Shown here in pieces: positions 17,558 to 27,466 of a stretch of 64,000 nucleotides of DNA. The notes under the pieces were generated by a model that saw nothing but the letters and a program-made list of their open reading frames with translations, made no database searches and was not told the DNA's origin. Each line of letters starts with the position of its first letter. Positions within the stretch are counted from its first letter, which is position 1. A program made the position numbers and the translations under genes. The DNA is from a virus (lineage: Duplodnaviria; Caudoviricetes): IMG/VR virus record IMGVR_UViG_3300021256_000057, positions 96,001 to 160,000 of that record; one strand, 5' to 3'.

Positions 17558-18064
17558 TTACAATCTCATTGTGTCATCTGTATCATTGCATCTCTGCATC
17601 TGATTCATCAGCACTGGTATCCACTTGTTACCTAGGTTTTCATCTCGAATCACTTGTATGCTGTTGAGGCATGTCGATTTTAGATGAATCATGTCAATGA
17701 TGTCTTTTGCGTATCGTTCGTTATCAAGGACTAAATAGTATACTGTTAAGAACAAAAGAAGCTCGTCCTGATCCTCTACATTCAAAGAACAGAATCGAAT
17801 AGATGACAGAATCGCATCTTTCGGAGATTTGAGTTCATTCGTAGTGATAACCATGTATTCTCTCAATGCGTCCAATCGGCTATTCAACGGTTCAATGAAT
17901 GTAGATGGGTGGTGTCCCTGTATCATAATCATTACATACAGTACATTAGTATTATTGTATAAGAAATTGCTGCGCATACATTTGTTTAATACTCGAAGTC
18001 TATACCTAGCACTTAGGCCTCTAGGATATATCAGATATTCATTCAATTTCCTCACCTCTACCAA
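17558..18064 (-). CDS. Hypothetical protein (start uncertain)
   Basis: 168-aa ORF next to ACTCGTTATA at 18066-18075. Confidence 0.5.
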   Translation of the reverse strand: MVEVRKLNEYLIYPRGLSARYRLRVLNKCMRSNFLYNNTNVLYVMIMIQGHHPSTFIEPLNSRLDALREYMVITTNELKSPKDAILSSIRFCSLNVEDQDELLLFLTVYYLVLDNERYAKDIIDMIHLKSTCLNSIQVIRDENLGNKWIPVLMNQMQRCNDTDDTMRL

Positions 18065-18131
18065 CTATAACGAGTAATTATGACATGATTGGAGCTGCCC
18101 TATATTCCGGACAGCTCCAATTGTTTCTACA

Positions 18132-19292
18132 TCAGAGCCGCAAATCGTTTCTGGAGCAGAGCTTACCGTGCTTACGCAGGAGATCCAGCAGTTCTGCTCT
18201 GATAGCTACATTCTCGATGTGGTCGAGGTTGTCCTTTACCACATCAAGGAAATCCTGCTCGAACTCATCCGTGGTATCGTTCTGGAACATCCTATAGATG
18301 TCAAAGGCCTCTCTGGAAGTTGTGAACACGCAGGAGAGATCCGCAATCAGGCAGGAGTAGGCGATGTTCTTATCGTTAGATACTTCTCGAACGCACTTTC
18401 TCCACTCATCGATGACCTTGTAGCAATCTGCAATATTGCTAACGCATGGTACAGCTCCGTGTGTACGGATACAAACAACTGCGTTTCTGTATCTTACCAT
18501 CTCCAGATAGTGGTCGCTCACATTGATATACCGGAGCACAGACTTTGCATCTCTATAAGCTGCGTTCTGCGCAGCTTTTAGGGCGTCCTTGTAGTAAGGA
18601 GAAGTAACAGGGATCACACACTCATCGGTCTCGAAATAATCAGTCATGCTGTCAGACCCGTTGGTTGGGTCCAGCTCAGCCGGGATGTGCCCATCATAAT
18701 CCTTTGCATGGAGCTGGATCGGGCTCTTGTCATCGGTGCATCTATACCAGCATCGGATGATGTTACCACCATCTACCTTGATGCCGTTGTAGTAGAACTT
18801 GATACCCTTCTTCTTGTCGCTCATCTTCGGAGCTGCACAGTCCGCACCAGACCTCATGAGCCGATTTACTACACCTTGGTAGAAGTTGTACTTTCTCTGT
18901 TCCAGCTCTCTGTTGGCTTCATCGTAGTAGATTTTATCTTCCAGTCTGTCATGGATCATGATGCACTCTTTGTTGAAGTATTCTATGATACCATGAACGT
19001 TCTTGATGCCGACTACCTCGATCTTTGCGTTTGCCGCGTTCCACTGCTTTGCTTCTGCGTTCTTTGCATAGTTGTTGGTGTACGAGTGGATCGGCCAGAA
19101 GTTCGTCGTGTTCTTCGAGATCGCGAGACTTCCGTTCTTGCAGAGCCTATGCAGACACAAGTCAGACCCTCGATAGCCGGGTACTTCAGAGGAGTGTGCT
19201 ACGAAGTACAGGCCATTATCAGTCTTGAAGTAGGCACCTGTGATCTGCACCACATCGCCTACTCTGATTTCGTTTCCATTTTTGTCTTTCAT
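18132..19292 (-). CDS. Hypothetical multi-domain protein
   Basis: 386-aa ORF, RBS AAAGGAG; N-terminal DKNGNEIRVGDVV (SH3/KOW-like). Confidence 0.7.
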   Translation of the reverse strand: MKDKNGNEIRVGDVVQITGAYFKTDNGLYFVAHSSEVPGYRGSDLCLHRLCKNGSLAISKNTTNFWPIHSYTNNYAKNAEAKQWNAANAKIEVVGIKNVHGIIEYFNKECIMIHDRLEDKIYYDEANRELEQRKYNFYQGVVNRLMRSGADCAAPKMSDKKKGIKFYYNGIKVDGGNIIRCWYRCTDDKSPIQLHAKDYDGHIPAELDPTNGSDSMTDYFETDECVIPVTSPYYKDALKAAQNAAYRDAKSVLRYINVSDHYLEMVRYRNAVVCIRTHGAVPCVSNIADCYKVIDEWRKCVREVSNDKNIAYSCLIADLSCVFTTSREAFDIYRMFQNDTTDEFEQDFLDVVKDNLDHIENVAIRAELLDLLRKHGKLCSRNDLRL

Positions 19293-19304
19293 GATGATCT
19301 CCTT

Positions 19305-19757
19305 TCACTTATCGTACTCTTTCCAGCAATTGGGAAGAGGGCATATATCGATACGATTTTCTATAAGCGTGTATTTATTTCCATCTACGATCGTTCTGTA
19401 ATAATAGTTCCGACCATCATCAGACGCATACTTAGCAAACTTCTCGAACCAGTACCGCTGTTTGTATGTCATGAACTGGTTGTGACGAAGATCCTTGCAG
19501 AATGCTCTGAACCACTCGTTCTTTGGCTGATTTGCGGTTGACAGGTAGCACACGAGTTTCCGCCTTGGTGCAATCATCGCATTGCGAAATGAGCACGCTT
19601 CCTGATCCAATTTAGCCCAGATGCCGTTATCCTCCACAGCATCTGCACGTTCTTGCATGAGGTTATATTCCTTTTCCATGCGTTCGATGTCTTTCTTGAT
19701 CTTTGCTTTGCTCATCATGTATATCACCACCACTCTATTCATATAACGATTTCTCAT
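19305..19757 (-). CDS. Hypothetical protein
   Basis: First gene after early-promoter module copy 2. Confidence 0.6.
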   Translation of the reverse strand: MRNRYMNRVVVIYMMSKAKIKKDIERMEKEYNLMQERADAVEDNGIWAKLDQEACSFRNAMIAPRRKLVCYLSTANQPKNEWFRAFCKDLRHNQFMTYKQRYWFEKFAKYASDDGRNYYYRTIVDGNKYTLIENRIDICPLPNCWKEYDK

Positions 19758-19758
19758 A

Positions 19759-19908
19759 TTTGGTATTTGACTTGTATCTTTTGGTTATCTATAACCTTCT
19801 ATTATAGTATAGCACAAATCATATCATTTGTCAATGCATATCAACCCATTTGATATGCTTTTCAAAGAAAATCGACGGTTTGCACAATTTCCATCAAATG
19901 ATATTATT
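19759..19908 (-). repeat. Repeated early-promoter module, copy 2
   Basis: As copy 1; minus-strand TTGACA-17-TATACT at ~19806-19834. Confidence 0.75.
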
Positions 19909-19922
19909 CAGATAAAAGATGA

Positions 19923-19949
19923 TGCCCCAGAGTATGTTTCTCTGGGGCA
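19923..19949. terminator. Hairpin TGCCCCAGAG...CTCTGGGGCA
   Basis: 10-bp perfect stem after the lysin gene. Confidence 0.7.
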
Positions 19950-19953
19950 ATTG

Positions 19954-22020
19954 TTACTTCATGATGATACTGATTTGTTTCCATAGAGCAGATGCGGTAT
20001 TTTGTCTTGATTGAGATTCTCTATCTATATTTGCTGGTACTTCAAACTTACGGACAAATACATCTGCGGCCTCTCTCGCCCCCTGTTCTGTATTTGCTAC
20101 TGTAACAAGTTTCGCAAGCACTCTATCTTTATATGAGCCGTTGAGTTCATACCATAGATAATTTAACTGTCCTGTTAGGTTGTTTGCCCAGTCAGACCCG
20201 GCCATAGACTTCATAGCTGTACCTCGTTCATAATGCCACTGGCATATACCAAATGATGTAGGTACTCCACCTTGATAGTCTCCCTTGGATTCAGGATTGA
20301 ATGAGCTTTCATGCTTGATATTAGCGGCGATAGCGATACTAGCAGCGGCGTTAAGCCCCTTACTCAATAGGAACTGTACGATTATCTTGCAATTCTGATT
20401 CTGCATAGCATCTAGGGATACTGTATTGCTGTTGTCTGTACCAATGGAAGATAGGTCAGCTCCGCCGATAGATACGCCACTGAATGCACCACTAGATAGT
20501 GCTGTAGTATAGTTTATCACAGATACTCGGATATTAGAAATCTTTGCCACGGTCAGTGCATTATCATCAATGTATCCGAACTCACGAACGATCGCATCTT
20601 CTTTTGTACACATCGTAGTGTATAGCGGCTGTACAGCTCCGGCATCCCCATATACATCAAAGATATCACCATCTTCGCTACTGTCCTGCACGTCCTCCCA
20701 CTTTGGCCGATAGTATGCACATATCTTCTTATCACTTTTGCTGTAGTCGCGTTCTACGACCTTACCCCCATTATCACCTTCGACAACATGGACAGTATTA
20801 TTATTCTTTACAGACAGTACGATAGCAACTTTATCGCATTCATATGTAGAGTAGTCTTGTCCGATTTTAGTTCTCAGCATCATCAGATCTCCTACTTTCG
20901 GAGATGTCTTTGATGTGATCCACGATCCTATCTTGCTATGCTCTGCGTTTTTACCTATATCACTAGGGCAATTTGACATCGGTATCGCTTTGCCTAGTAA
21001 ATCATTCTTTTTAGCGCAAGCCATTACATATTTGCAGGACCAAGGCTCTGTTGTTCGATACCCACCTATCTGACTTGCTATAAATGAAGCATAGTCCTTG
21101 ATGTGTTCTAGTGCAGTTTGTGTGAAGTTGGATACTTTATTTGTTGGTTGACCTCCGCCAGGATTGTAGATAAAGCCCTGGAAATGAAACTTGCTACTCC
21201 ATGTATAGAGCGGTGGTTTCAGCGTCTGCATATAAAATCTTTTACCTTGCCATGCAGAATTTGATGTTTCAATCGTACCATCTGGGTATACTTTCTCAAC
21301 GATAGCTACATGCCCAGCTCCACCATCTTTGCTCCAGCAAGCTACAGCACCAAGTCTAGGTGTTTTACCCCGTTCATATCCATCTTGAGTATAGCTTATC
21401 CATGTACCTGCATTATGCCATGACAATTTGCACTTTGTTACGCCCATAATCTCCATAAATCGTCCATATGCGTATCCGACACAGTTACCAGTCAGCTCTC
21501 CGTTCTCAAGGGTCATCATGTGTGTCTCTGGTTCTACAGCACAATATACTTTCTTAGTCCGCCTTGTCTCCTTTATATGATCTACCATGATAAACAAGTT
21601 ATACTTTGAATATCGGATAGCCATACCTCGAACGAGATCTACTGTCTCAACGATATGCCAATTTACCCGGTCATCATCAAATATGACCCACCGATGATTA
21701 CCAGAACACTTGTAAACTGATCCATTCTGAAGATGAACTTCATATATCTTCTGCTTACCAAAACAAGATACAGTTGCATCTCGCATAACTCCATCCATAG
21801 TTGGTATCTTTATCTGAAGCCCCTCTAACTTCTTCAAAGGGAAAACTCCCTTATCGGTCTGTATCTTTGTATCTCCTGTAAAACAGTTTGGTAGGACAGA
21901 TCCAGAAGATGCGCTTGCGTGCCACCCAAGGATGCATGGGCTATATCCGCCCTTTGATTGCTGTATCCATAATTTATTTGTATATCCTGGGTCAGTTGTT
22001 CTAGGTACAAAAGCCATCAT
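19954..22020 (-). CDS. Virion-associated peptidoglycan hydrolase: CHAP (intein-interrupted) + degenerate CHAP + phage tail lysozyme domain
   Basis: PN|CVGYAYGRF...GAGHVAIVE...SNS (CHAP); PWSCKYV...KVAIV...VEGDN (degenerate); ANIKHESSFNP...GICQWH..R (Phage_lysozyme2-like). Confidence 0.85.
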   Translation of the reverse strand: MMAFVPRTTDPGYTNKLWIQQSKGGYSPCILGWHASASSGSVLPNCFTGDTKIQTDKGVFPLKKLEGLQIKIPTMDGVMRDATVSCFGKQKIYEVHLQNGSVYKCSGNHRWVIFDDDRVNWHIVETVDLVRGMAIRYSKYNLFIMVDHIKETRRTKKVYCAVEPETHMMTLENGELTGNCVGYAYGRFMEIMGVTKCKLSWHNAGTWISYTQDGYERGKTPRLGAVACWSKDGGAGHVAIVEKVYPDGTIETSNSAWQGKRFYMQTLKPPLYTWSSKFHFQGFIYNPGGGQPTNKVSNFTQTALEHIKDYASFIASQIGGYRTTEPWSCKYVMACAKKNDLLGKAIPMSNCPSDIGKNAEHSKIGSWITSKTSPKVGDLMMLRTKIGQDYSTYECDKVAIVLSVKNNNTVHVVEGDNGGKVVERDYSKSDKKICAYYRPKWEDVQDSSEDGDIFDVYGDAGAVQPLYTTMCTKEDAIVREFGYIDDNALTVAKISNIRVSVINYTTALSSGAFSGVSIGGADLSSIGTDNSNTVSLDAMQNQNCKIIVQFLLSKGLNAAASIAIAANIKHESSFNPESKGDYQGGVPTSFGICQWHYERGTAMKSMAGSDWANNLTGQLNYLWYELNGSYKDRVLAKLVTVANTEQGAREAADVFVRKFEVPANIDRESQSRQNTASALWKQISIIMK
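21484..21885 (-). mobile_element. Mini-intein (134 aa, no homing endonuclease), aa 46-179 of the lysin
   Basis: Block A CFTGDTKI, block B CSGNHRW, block F VYCAVEPETH, C-terminal LTGN followed by +1 Cys. Confidence 0.9.
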
Positions 22021-22082
22021 ATCACCTCAATATATTCAAGATCGGAGCTGCCCAACTCTATCGGACAGCTCCGTGTCGCCTA

Positions 22083-24359
22083 TCATTTCAATCCGCTCCA
22101 TTTACCGTGATTTGTAACACTTGCTACCTTTTTACCTTTCCACCCTGTTAGGTCGATGACGGTAGACTGGTCTGTTGCATATGCGGATGAGCCATTTTTC
22201 TCCCACTCTATGATGTCGATCTTACCGCCGTAAAGATGACCCCATGATGTAGGTGCATCTGCCCCTTTTGAATCCGCCATAATAGCAGTAAACTTTGTGC
22301 CATCTTCTAGTGTAATGGTCAATAGATCTCCTGTAATTCCAAACCGAGGAACCATCGCCAATAGATAATGTCCAGAAATTGTAGCTATATTTCGACTGCT
22401 TGGACGTCCCTGAGAGTTCCAAATATCAGCAAGCTGTCTTTGAACAGTACGCGCTTTCCACTTCGGATACCAATAACTATAGTTAGTATAGTTTTCTGCA
22501 ACACCTTTCTGATCGACATTTGCAGGAATTGTAACTGTAGTTCCTCCTGCTGGTGGTGTTGTATCATACACCATACCCTCAGTAGGATAATAACCAGTTA
22601 TCGTATGGGATTCCACATCAGATGGATCAAGCATAAAGAACTCTGGATATAGGAGCTGTTCAACTTCTGATATCTCCTCTACATGCTCTACCATCCACCA
22701 GTAGAAGTCCTCTTTCCACTCGTCCCACGAAATAGTTGCTATCTGATCTCGGTCTACATAGAAGCCCATCTTACTTACAAGACCGAGTTTTGTCAATCTC
22801 TCCTTGTATGTCTTGATGATGCTGTCATTCATCGTTTTATCCTCTTCCTTGAATGCAAATGTAAGCCAGCATCCGAGAGGAGGTGTATATTTCTGTATGA
22901 TGAACTGTAGCTCTTGCAGTTCTGCCTTGGCTTCATCTACATTTCTAGCTCGAATATCAAAATACAGAGCATAGGGCATCTCAGCATCTTTAGCAAGTTT
23001 CACTTGTTCATCTATCTTCGGATTTCTATATCGAGCTACTACCATATGGGATTTATCATATAAAAAGCCGCCCTCTATCATGAGAGCTACGACTTTTATC
23101 TCTTTGAGCTTGTCTATATCTATATCTTCACTCTTGCGGTCTATAGTAGCGATATAAGGAGTAAATGTAGTCCAATCTACATTGACAGCTCCGCCGAATG
23201 CAGCTCCGAACGCGGTTAGTCCGTTTAGGCCAGCAGTCGTTGTATAGCCACCAGCAGTATATCTAAATGCAGTAAACCACTTATCGTTATAGTAGTTATG
23301 TACCCAAACTTCCCAGCCTGTCTGATCTCCCTCTTTACCGCCATGTGCTCCCTTAAACTCGTTCTGAGATGCTTCGACAAGTTGCCCATCTCCAACATAC
23401 ATTGCTGTATGCCCATGAGCTAACAGCACATCGCCTCTAATTAGATTTGCATAACTAGATGGATTGAAATTAGGAACATATGAGAAACCAGTCTTTATGA
23501 AAATGGCTTCCATATTTCTTGTATTTGAGGCATGATTTGTTTTAACAGGAACACCTGCGTTCTCATATGCCGATATCACAAGAGATGAGCAGTCATAATC
23601 TGGACCCCATCGTGAGCCCTGGTCATATCCGTGAGAATCATCGTTTGCTATATTGATAGCCCACTGTACTGCATACTCTACTTTTGTTATCTGTGTAACA
23701 GGTGGATAGTAGGCTACACCAGATGTAGGATTGCTACCACCAGCAGTAGCACCATAGTCATAATCAAGATCTACGTTCCCATGTATGCCTGGAATAGTCC
23801 CTCTCTCTGAATACTGCCACATGCAGTATGTTCCTTTTTTATAGTAGGAAGGAGAACTGCCTCCGAACTGTGCGACCCACACCTTGTATCCAGTCAATAG
23901 ATCATTTGAAAAGAAATCGTTCAGTGCAGATGCGTTAGAATATAAGCCAAGGTTTCTAACACCAGACATTTTCATCGTATTGAAAAACGCCCTTGTATTA
24001 TTTGAGACTCTATCTGCACCAAGGCTAATTAGTTTGTGAGGGTTCGGATTTTTCCCTCCAACATCCTCCACATCATAGAAGATAGGATACTCAAATGTTT
24101 TACCTCGAATCGCATTTAAGCAGGCGGATGCTTCTTTCACGCATCCTGCCTCATTTGATGCTTGACAGAACCAATATATACCGCATGGTATATGATACTG
24201 TTTACAACTCGCGTATGAGGCTTCAAATTTAGGGTCAGTAGATGTACCATACCCAGCTTGTATGATCACAAATTGAACTTTTCCAGACGAAACGACCTGT
24301 TGCCAGTTGATAGGTCTATCATAATTGTGTTTAGAGATATCTATACCCATCAATGCCAT
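22083..24359 (-). CDS. Multi-domain peptidoglycan hydrolase: GH25 + NlpC/P60 + degenerate GH25-like barrel + C-terminal domain
   Basis: GIDISKHN, YDVED, WQYS..G..PGI.GNVDLD; YDCSSLV...GDVLL..GHTAMY. Confidence 0.85.
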   Translation of the reverse strand: MALMGIDISKHNYDRPINWQQVVSSGKVQFVIIQAGYGTSTDPKFEASYASCKQYHIPCGIYWFCQASNEAGCVKEASACLNAIRGKTFEYPIFYDVEDVGGKNPNPHKLISLGADRVSNNTRAFFNTMKMSGVRNLGLYSNASALNDFFSNDLLTGYKVWVAQFGGSSPSYYKKGTYCMWQYSERGTIPGIHGNVDLDYDYGATAGGSNPTSGVAYYPPVTQITKVEYAVQWAINIANDDSHGYDQGSRWGPDYDCSSLVISAYENAGVPVKTNHASNTRNMEAIFIKTGFSYVPNFNPSSYANLIRGDVLLAHGHTAMYVGDGQLVEASQNEFKGAHGGKEGDQTGWEVWVHNYYNDKWFTAFRYTAGGYTTTAGLNGLTAFGAAFGGAVNVDWTTFTPYIATIDRKSEDIDIDKLKEIKVVALMIEGGFLYDKSHMVVARYRNPKIDEQVKLAKDAEMPYALYFDIRARNVDEAKAELQELQFIIQKYTPPLGCWLTFAFKEEDKTMNDSIIKTYKERLTKLGLVSKMGFYVDRDQIATISWDEWKEDFYWWMVEHVEEISEVEQLLYPEFFMLDPSDVESHTITGYYPTEGMVYDTTPPAGGTTVTIPANVDQKGVAENYTNYSYWYPKWKARTVQRQLADIWNSQGRPSSRNIATISGHYLLAMVPRFGITGDLLTITLEDGTKFTAIMADSKGADAPTSWGHLYGGKIDIIEWEKNGSSAYATDQSTVIDLTGWKGKKVASVTNHGKWSGLK

Positions 24360-24374
24360 GATCGGACAGCTCCC

Positions 24375-24890
24375 TTACTTCTCCATTGTCTCAAAGATCT
24401 CTACAGCATCATTGTATCCTAGGTCTCGAAGTTCACGGCACATAAGAGTGATAGCTTCTGCGTATCGATACTTCTTTGGACAGAAGTCCTTTATCCGCTT
24501 CATCTCTTCAGTGAACTTTGTTGTATCTCTCGGAGCTGTACGAATATCTGTTGATGGCTCTGTCAGTATAACGATCGAAGCAGCAGATGTGCCTGTTTCA
24601 TATATGCCTCTATCTAGGATGATTATGCCGCCATCATTTGTTAGATGGTCCTCCAAACGTTCCTCTATCAAGGACAAAGCAGTTTGAAATACATCCGTAT
24701 CTGAAGGAGATGGTGTCTTGTTTAGAGGCCGAGCCTGCATGTACTTGACCATGATATCAAAAACAAATCGTTCACATGCATCTTTAGCGGATCGGATGTC
24801 GTGGTCATTATCTACTGCATAGCAAAACGTCTCTTCTTTCTGATAGTTTGTAAACGCACCTTTAGGTGTGATCTTTATTGTGATCTTCAT
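24375..24890 (-). CDS. Hypothetical protein
   Basis: 171-aa ORF in the structural operon. Confidence 0.6.
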   Translation of the reverse strand: MKITIKITPKGAFTNYQKEETFCYAVDNDHDIRSAKDACERFVFDIMVKYMQARPLNKTPSPSDTDVFQTALSLIEERLEDHLTNDGGIIILDRGIYETGTSAASIVILTEPSTDIRTAPRDTTKFTEEMKRIKDFCPKKYRYAEAITLMCRELRDLGYNDAVEIFETMEK

Positions 24891-24894
24891 GTTA

Positions 24895-25293
24895 TCACTC
24901 CATTCGCAATTCGTTCTTGATGTACTTTGTAGGATCCTGCTTATAAAAGGTGCTAGACCCTATTCTTACAGGAAAATGCTTGTCACCCACACTTTTTGAT
25001 AAAAGTTCTACATGAACATATTTAGAAGCATGACCAATGCGATATCGCATTTGAAGTGCATCGTTCAGCTCCACGTTGATATCTTTCAGATGCATATAGC
25101 GGAACAGATGCTCACCATCGTACTGTATGGTCACACCGAATAAGCCATCACCATCTTTGAGAATAGAGACCACAACGCCATTGCACATCGTACAGACATC
25201 ATCAGTCTTTACATCTACGCCTAGATGCTTTGATGACCATGGAGTTATGATCTCTATCGGTTCAAATGACAGCATAGAATATGAGATTTTCAT
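24895..25293 (-). CDS. M23/LytM-like peptidase fold, second Zn motif altered
   Basis: HLGVD, RYMHL, YVHVE (HxH to YxH); start taken at ATG 25293. Confidence 0.6.
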   Translation of the reverse strand: MKISYSMLSFEPIEIITPWSSKHLGVDVKTDDVCTMCNGVVVSILKDGDGLFGVTIQYDGEHLFRYMHLKDINVELNDALQMRYRIGHASKYVHVELLSKSVGDKHFPVRIGSSTFYKQDPTKYIKNELRME

Positions 25294-25300
25294 TTTCTTC

Positions 25301-26761
25301 TTATCCCACCATGAAGTTTGTAGACAGATGCTCAAAGTTAGGATACATCGTACCAAAGTCTACTTTATATGGAGTAATGATATTATTTGTTTTCTCGGAG
25401 CTGCCCACGAATGTCCGCCTACCAGATACATAAATCCCTTGTGTAGAAGCGACCGCATTTGCGTTACTGATAACAAGTCTCTGTAGCTTCAAAGAGGTGA
25501 TAAATGTATTTGATATCGTATGTGTTACGGACATGATGTTGTATACGCCCGTAACAGGAGATATGCTATTCCCTGACATCACAAGGAGAGAAACAGGCTG
25601 TGCCAGCTCGAAATTCTTTACAGTACCAACTATCTGCACAGTAAAGTCACCGCTAAACTGTGTAGCAAGTGCATTGATGTCATTGATGATGTTGGATGCC
25701 TGATAGGTATCTGCTACGGAGCTGGACCAGGAGTTTACGACCTCCCAATCTCTTGTGATATCTTGACCGCTGCCATCTACAGCAAATCCAACTTGTGTAA
25801 AGTTCATATCAGACAGATTATAAGCAACACCATCATAATTACCGCTCATAGTCAGGATATTTGTATTTGATGTACCATATTCTAGCAGCTCTAGTCCCTG
25901 CCCTGTCTGAAGCGCAGCAGATGATTTATAGTGGATGATACCAGGAGAAGTCATCGTCGGCTCTTCTACCCAGTATGAGAATGAAGTACACTGAGGAGCT
26001 GTATCTGCATTACTGTGCCTCAAATACTCATTTACTGGTGTTACGGAATGATTATTCAGCACACTATTCAAAGAATGGTATCCGTACCGTAGGCCAGCGG
26101 CATCTCTAGATGCACTATAAGACCGTGACAGTTTTATCAATCCAGGGAACTGATCATAGTCGTCCTTTGTAGAATAAGTGCCACGAATATAAGAATTGAA
26201 ACTTGTCGTTAAGTTACCATGCGATATTAGTGTAGGTGCATCATTGTGATCTATATCTAGCTCATAATAATAGTTGGCCTTTACCGCCTTTGCAAGAGCT
26301 TCAGCGACCGCAGATGGTTGTACAAACCCAGATAGTGCTGGTATACGCAAAACAGGCATACTGCTCTGTACAGACAAAGTAGCAAAGCCTTTTATCGTAT
26401 ACCTCATATACAGACCATCCGTTGATACCTTGAATGTAAGGGTAAACCCTTGATATGATCTATACTCTAATACATTACCAAAGTCATCTAACCAACCGAA
26501 TGCAAAGGATACTGGGATACCGCTGGAATTAGGATATCTGCTTGCGTCTTGTGCTGCACTATATATCAATGCTTCAAACGATGATGCATTTACCCCTCTT
26601 GAAGCATCTCCACCTACGATGCAAGCTAGTGTGAATGAGGTCATGGAGGTTATCTCACTATTGGACAGCTCCAAGGATGTGAATGGAGAGGGTATCAATA
26701 GACCATAGTCAGTAAGAGATACCCCAGCCAATGTAAAATTACAAAATGCTGTTTTCTTCAC
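25301..26761 (-). CDS. Baseplate hub protein (gp27/gpD-like)
   Basis: FAFGW, C-terminal TGVYNIMSVTHTISNTFITSLKLQR typical of hub proteins; context. Confidence 0.65.
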   Translation of the reverse strand: MKKTAFCNFTLAGVSLTDYGLLIPSPFTSLELSNSEITSMTSFTLACIVGGDASRGVNASSFEALIYSAAQDASRYPNSSGIPVSFAFGWLDDFGNVLEYRSYQGFTLTFKVSTDGLYMRYTIKGFATLSVQSSMPVLRIPALSGFVQPSAVAEALAKAVKANYYYELDIDHNDAPTLISHGNLTTSFNSYIRGTYSTKDDYDQFPGLIKLSRSYSASRDAAGLRYGYHSLNSVLNNHSVTPVNEYLRHSNADTAPQCTSFSYWVEEPTMTSPGIIHYKSSAALQTGQGLELLEYGTSNTNILTMSGNYDGVAYNLSDMNFTQVGFAVDGSGQDITRDWEVVNSWSSSVADTYQASNIINDINALATQFSGDFTVQIVGTVKNFELAQPVSLLVMSGNSISPVTGVYNIMSVTHTISNTFITSLKLQRLVISNANAVASTQGIYVSGRRTFVGSSEKTNNIITPYKVDFGTMYPNFEHLSTNFMVG

Positions 26762-26784
26762 ATCGTCAGCTCCTTCTACCTTAT

Positions 26785-26850
26785 TATAACGAGTTGAAAA
26801 AAAGAAATGGTGATAAGCACGTTATATGCCTATCACCATTATATAAGGTT
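26785..26850 (-). promoter_or_regulatory. Tandem phage promoter motifs ACTCGTTATA (26785-94) and AACCTTATA (26842-50) with a hairpin between
   Basis: Recurrent motifs directly upstream of the hub gene; AATGGTGATA...TATCACCATT stem. Confidence 0.6.
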
Positions 26851-26865
26851 TAATACAAATCACGT

Positions 26866-27240
26866 TCAGATATAAATCAATGAGGTATTCACATGAGTGC
26901 TCGATCCTATTTTCAAATCTTGATGTGTGCCAATTCTGACACATTCAATTACGTTGTCAACTATTCTATAAATCAGGACAAGGTCCCCCTTGATATGAAT
27001 TGTATTACAAACCCCATAGGAATGCCCATTTCAAGAATACGAATAAGCATGTGCCTGATACCCGCCTGGTAGATCTCTAATATTAGGAGTTCTTCTTATA
27101 ACATCGATTCTTTCTGATAGTTTAGTAAGATTCTCATGTGCTCCAAGTAATTGAAGTATGTCTTTCTAATACAATGAAGTGCATCGAATCTGCATGTACG
27201 AATCTGAATATTGCCTTTTCTTACTTGAGTAAATCTTCAA
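26866..27240 (-). pseudogene. YafQ/RelE-family toxin-like gene with two in-frame stops (absent from the ORF track)
   Basis: Manual translation: MKIYSSKKRQYSDSYMQIRCTSLY*KD...LPGGYQAHAYSYS*NG...IHIKGDLVLIYRIVDNVIECVRIGTHQDL...; TAG 27166-68, TGA 27031-33. Confidence 0.8.
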
Positions 27241-27448
27241 TGGAATCACCATACATTTCATATCTCGTTTGGATAGCTTTCATCATATCAGCAGCACTGT
27301 TATATGGGCCAAATGTGAAGTCAGGATCTGCAAGTGCAGCTCTGTATTCTTCTACGGTCATTGGTACAGGATTATTATAAGCCATCCCAAATATCTTTTT
27401 CATCTCTGCGATTTTATCTGCATCTGACATGCCAATGAACTTTTTCAT
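27221..27448 (-). CDS. Putative cognate antitoxin (DinJ/RelB C-terminus-like)
   Basis: Small ORF overlapping the toxin start; GPYNSAADMMKAI resembles the DinJ C-terminal toxin-binding segment. Confidence 0.5.
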   Translation of the reverse strand: MKKFIGMSDADKIAEMKKIFGMAYNNPVPMTVEEYRAALADPDFTFGPYNSAADMMKAIQTRYEMYGDSIEDLLK

Positions 27449-27466
27449 AAGACCACCCCCATAAAT

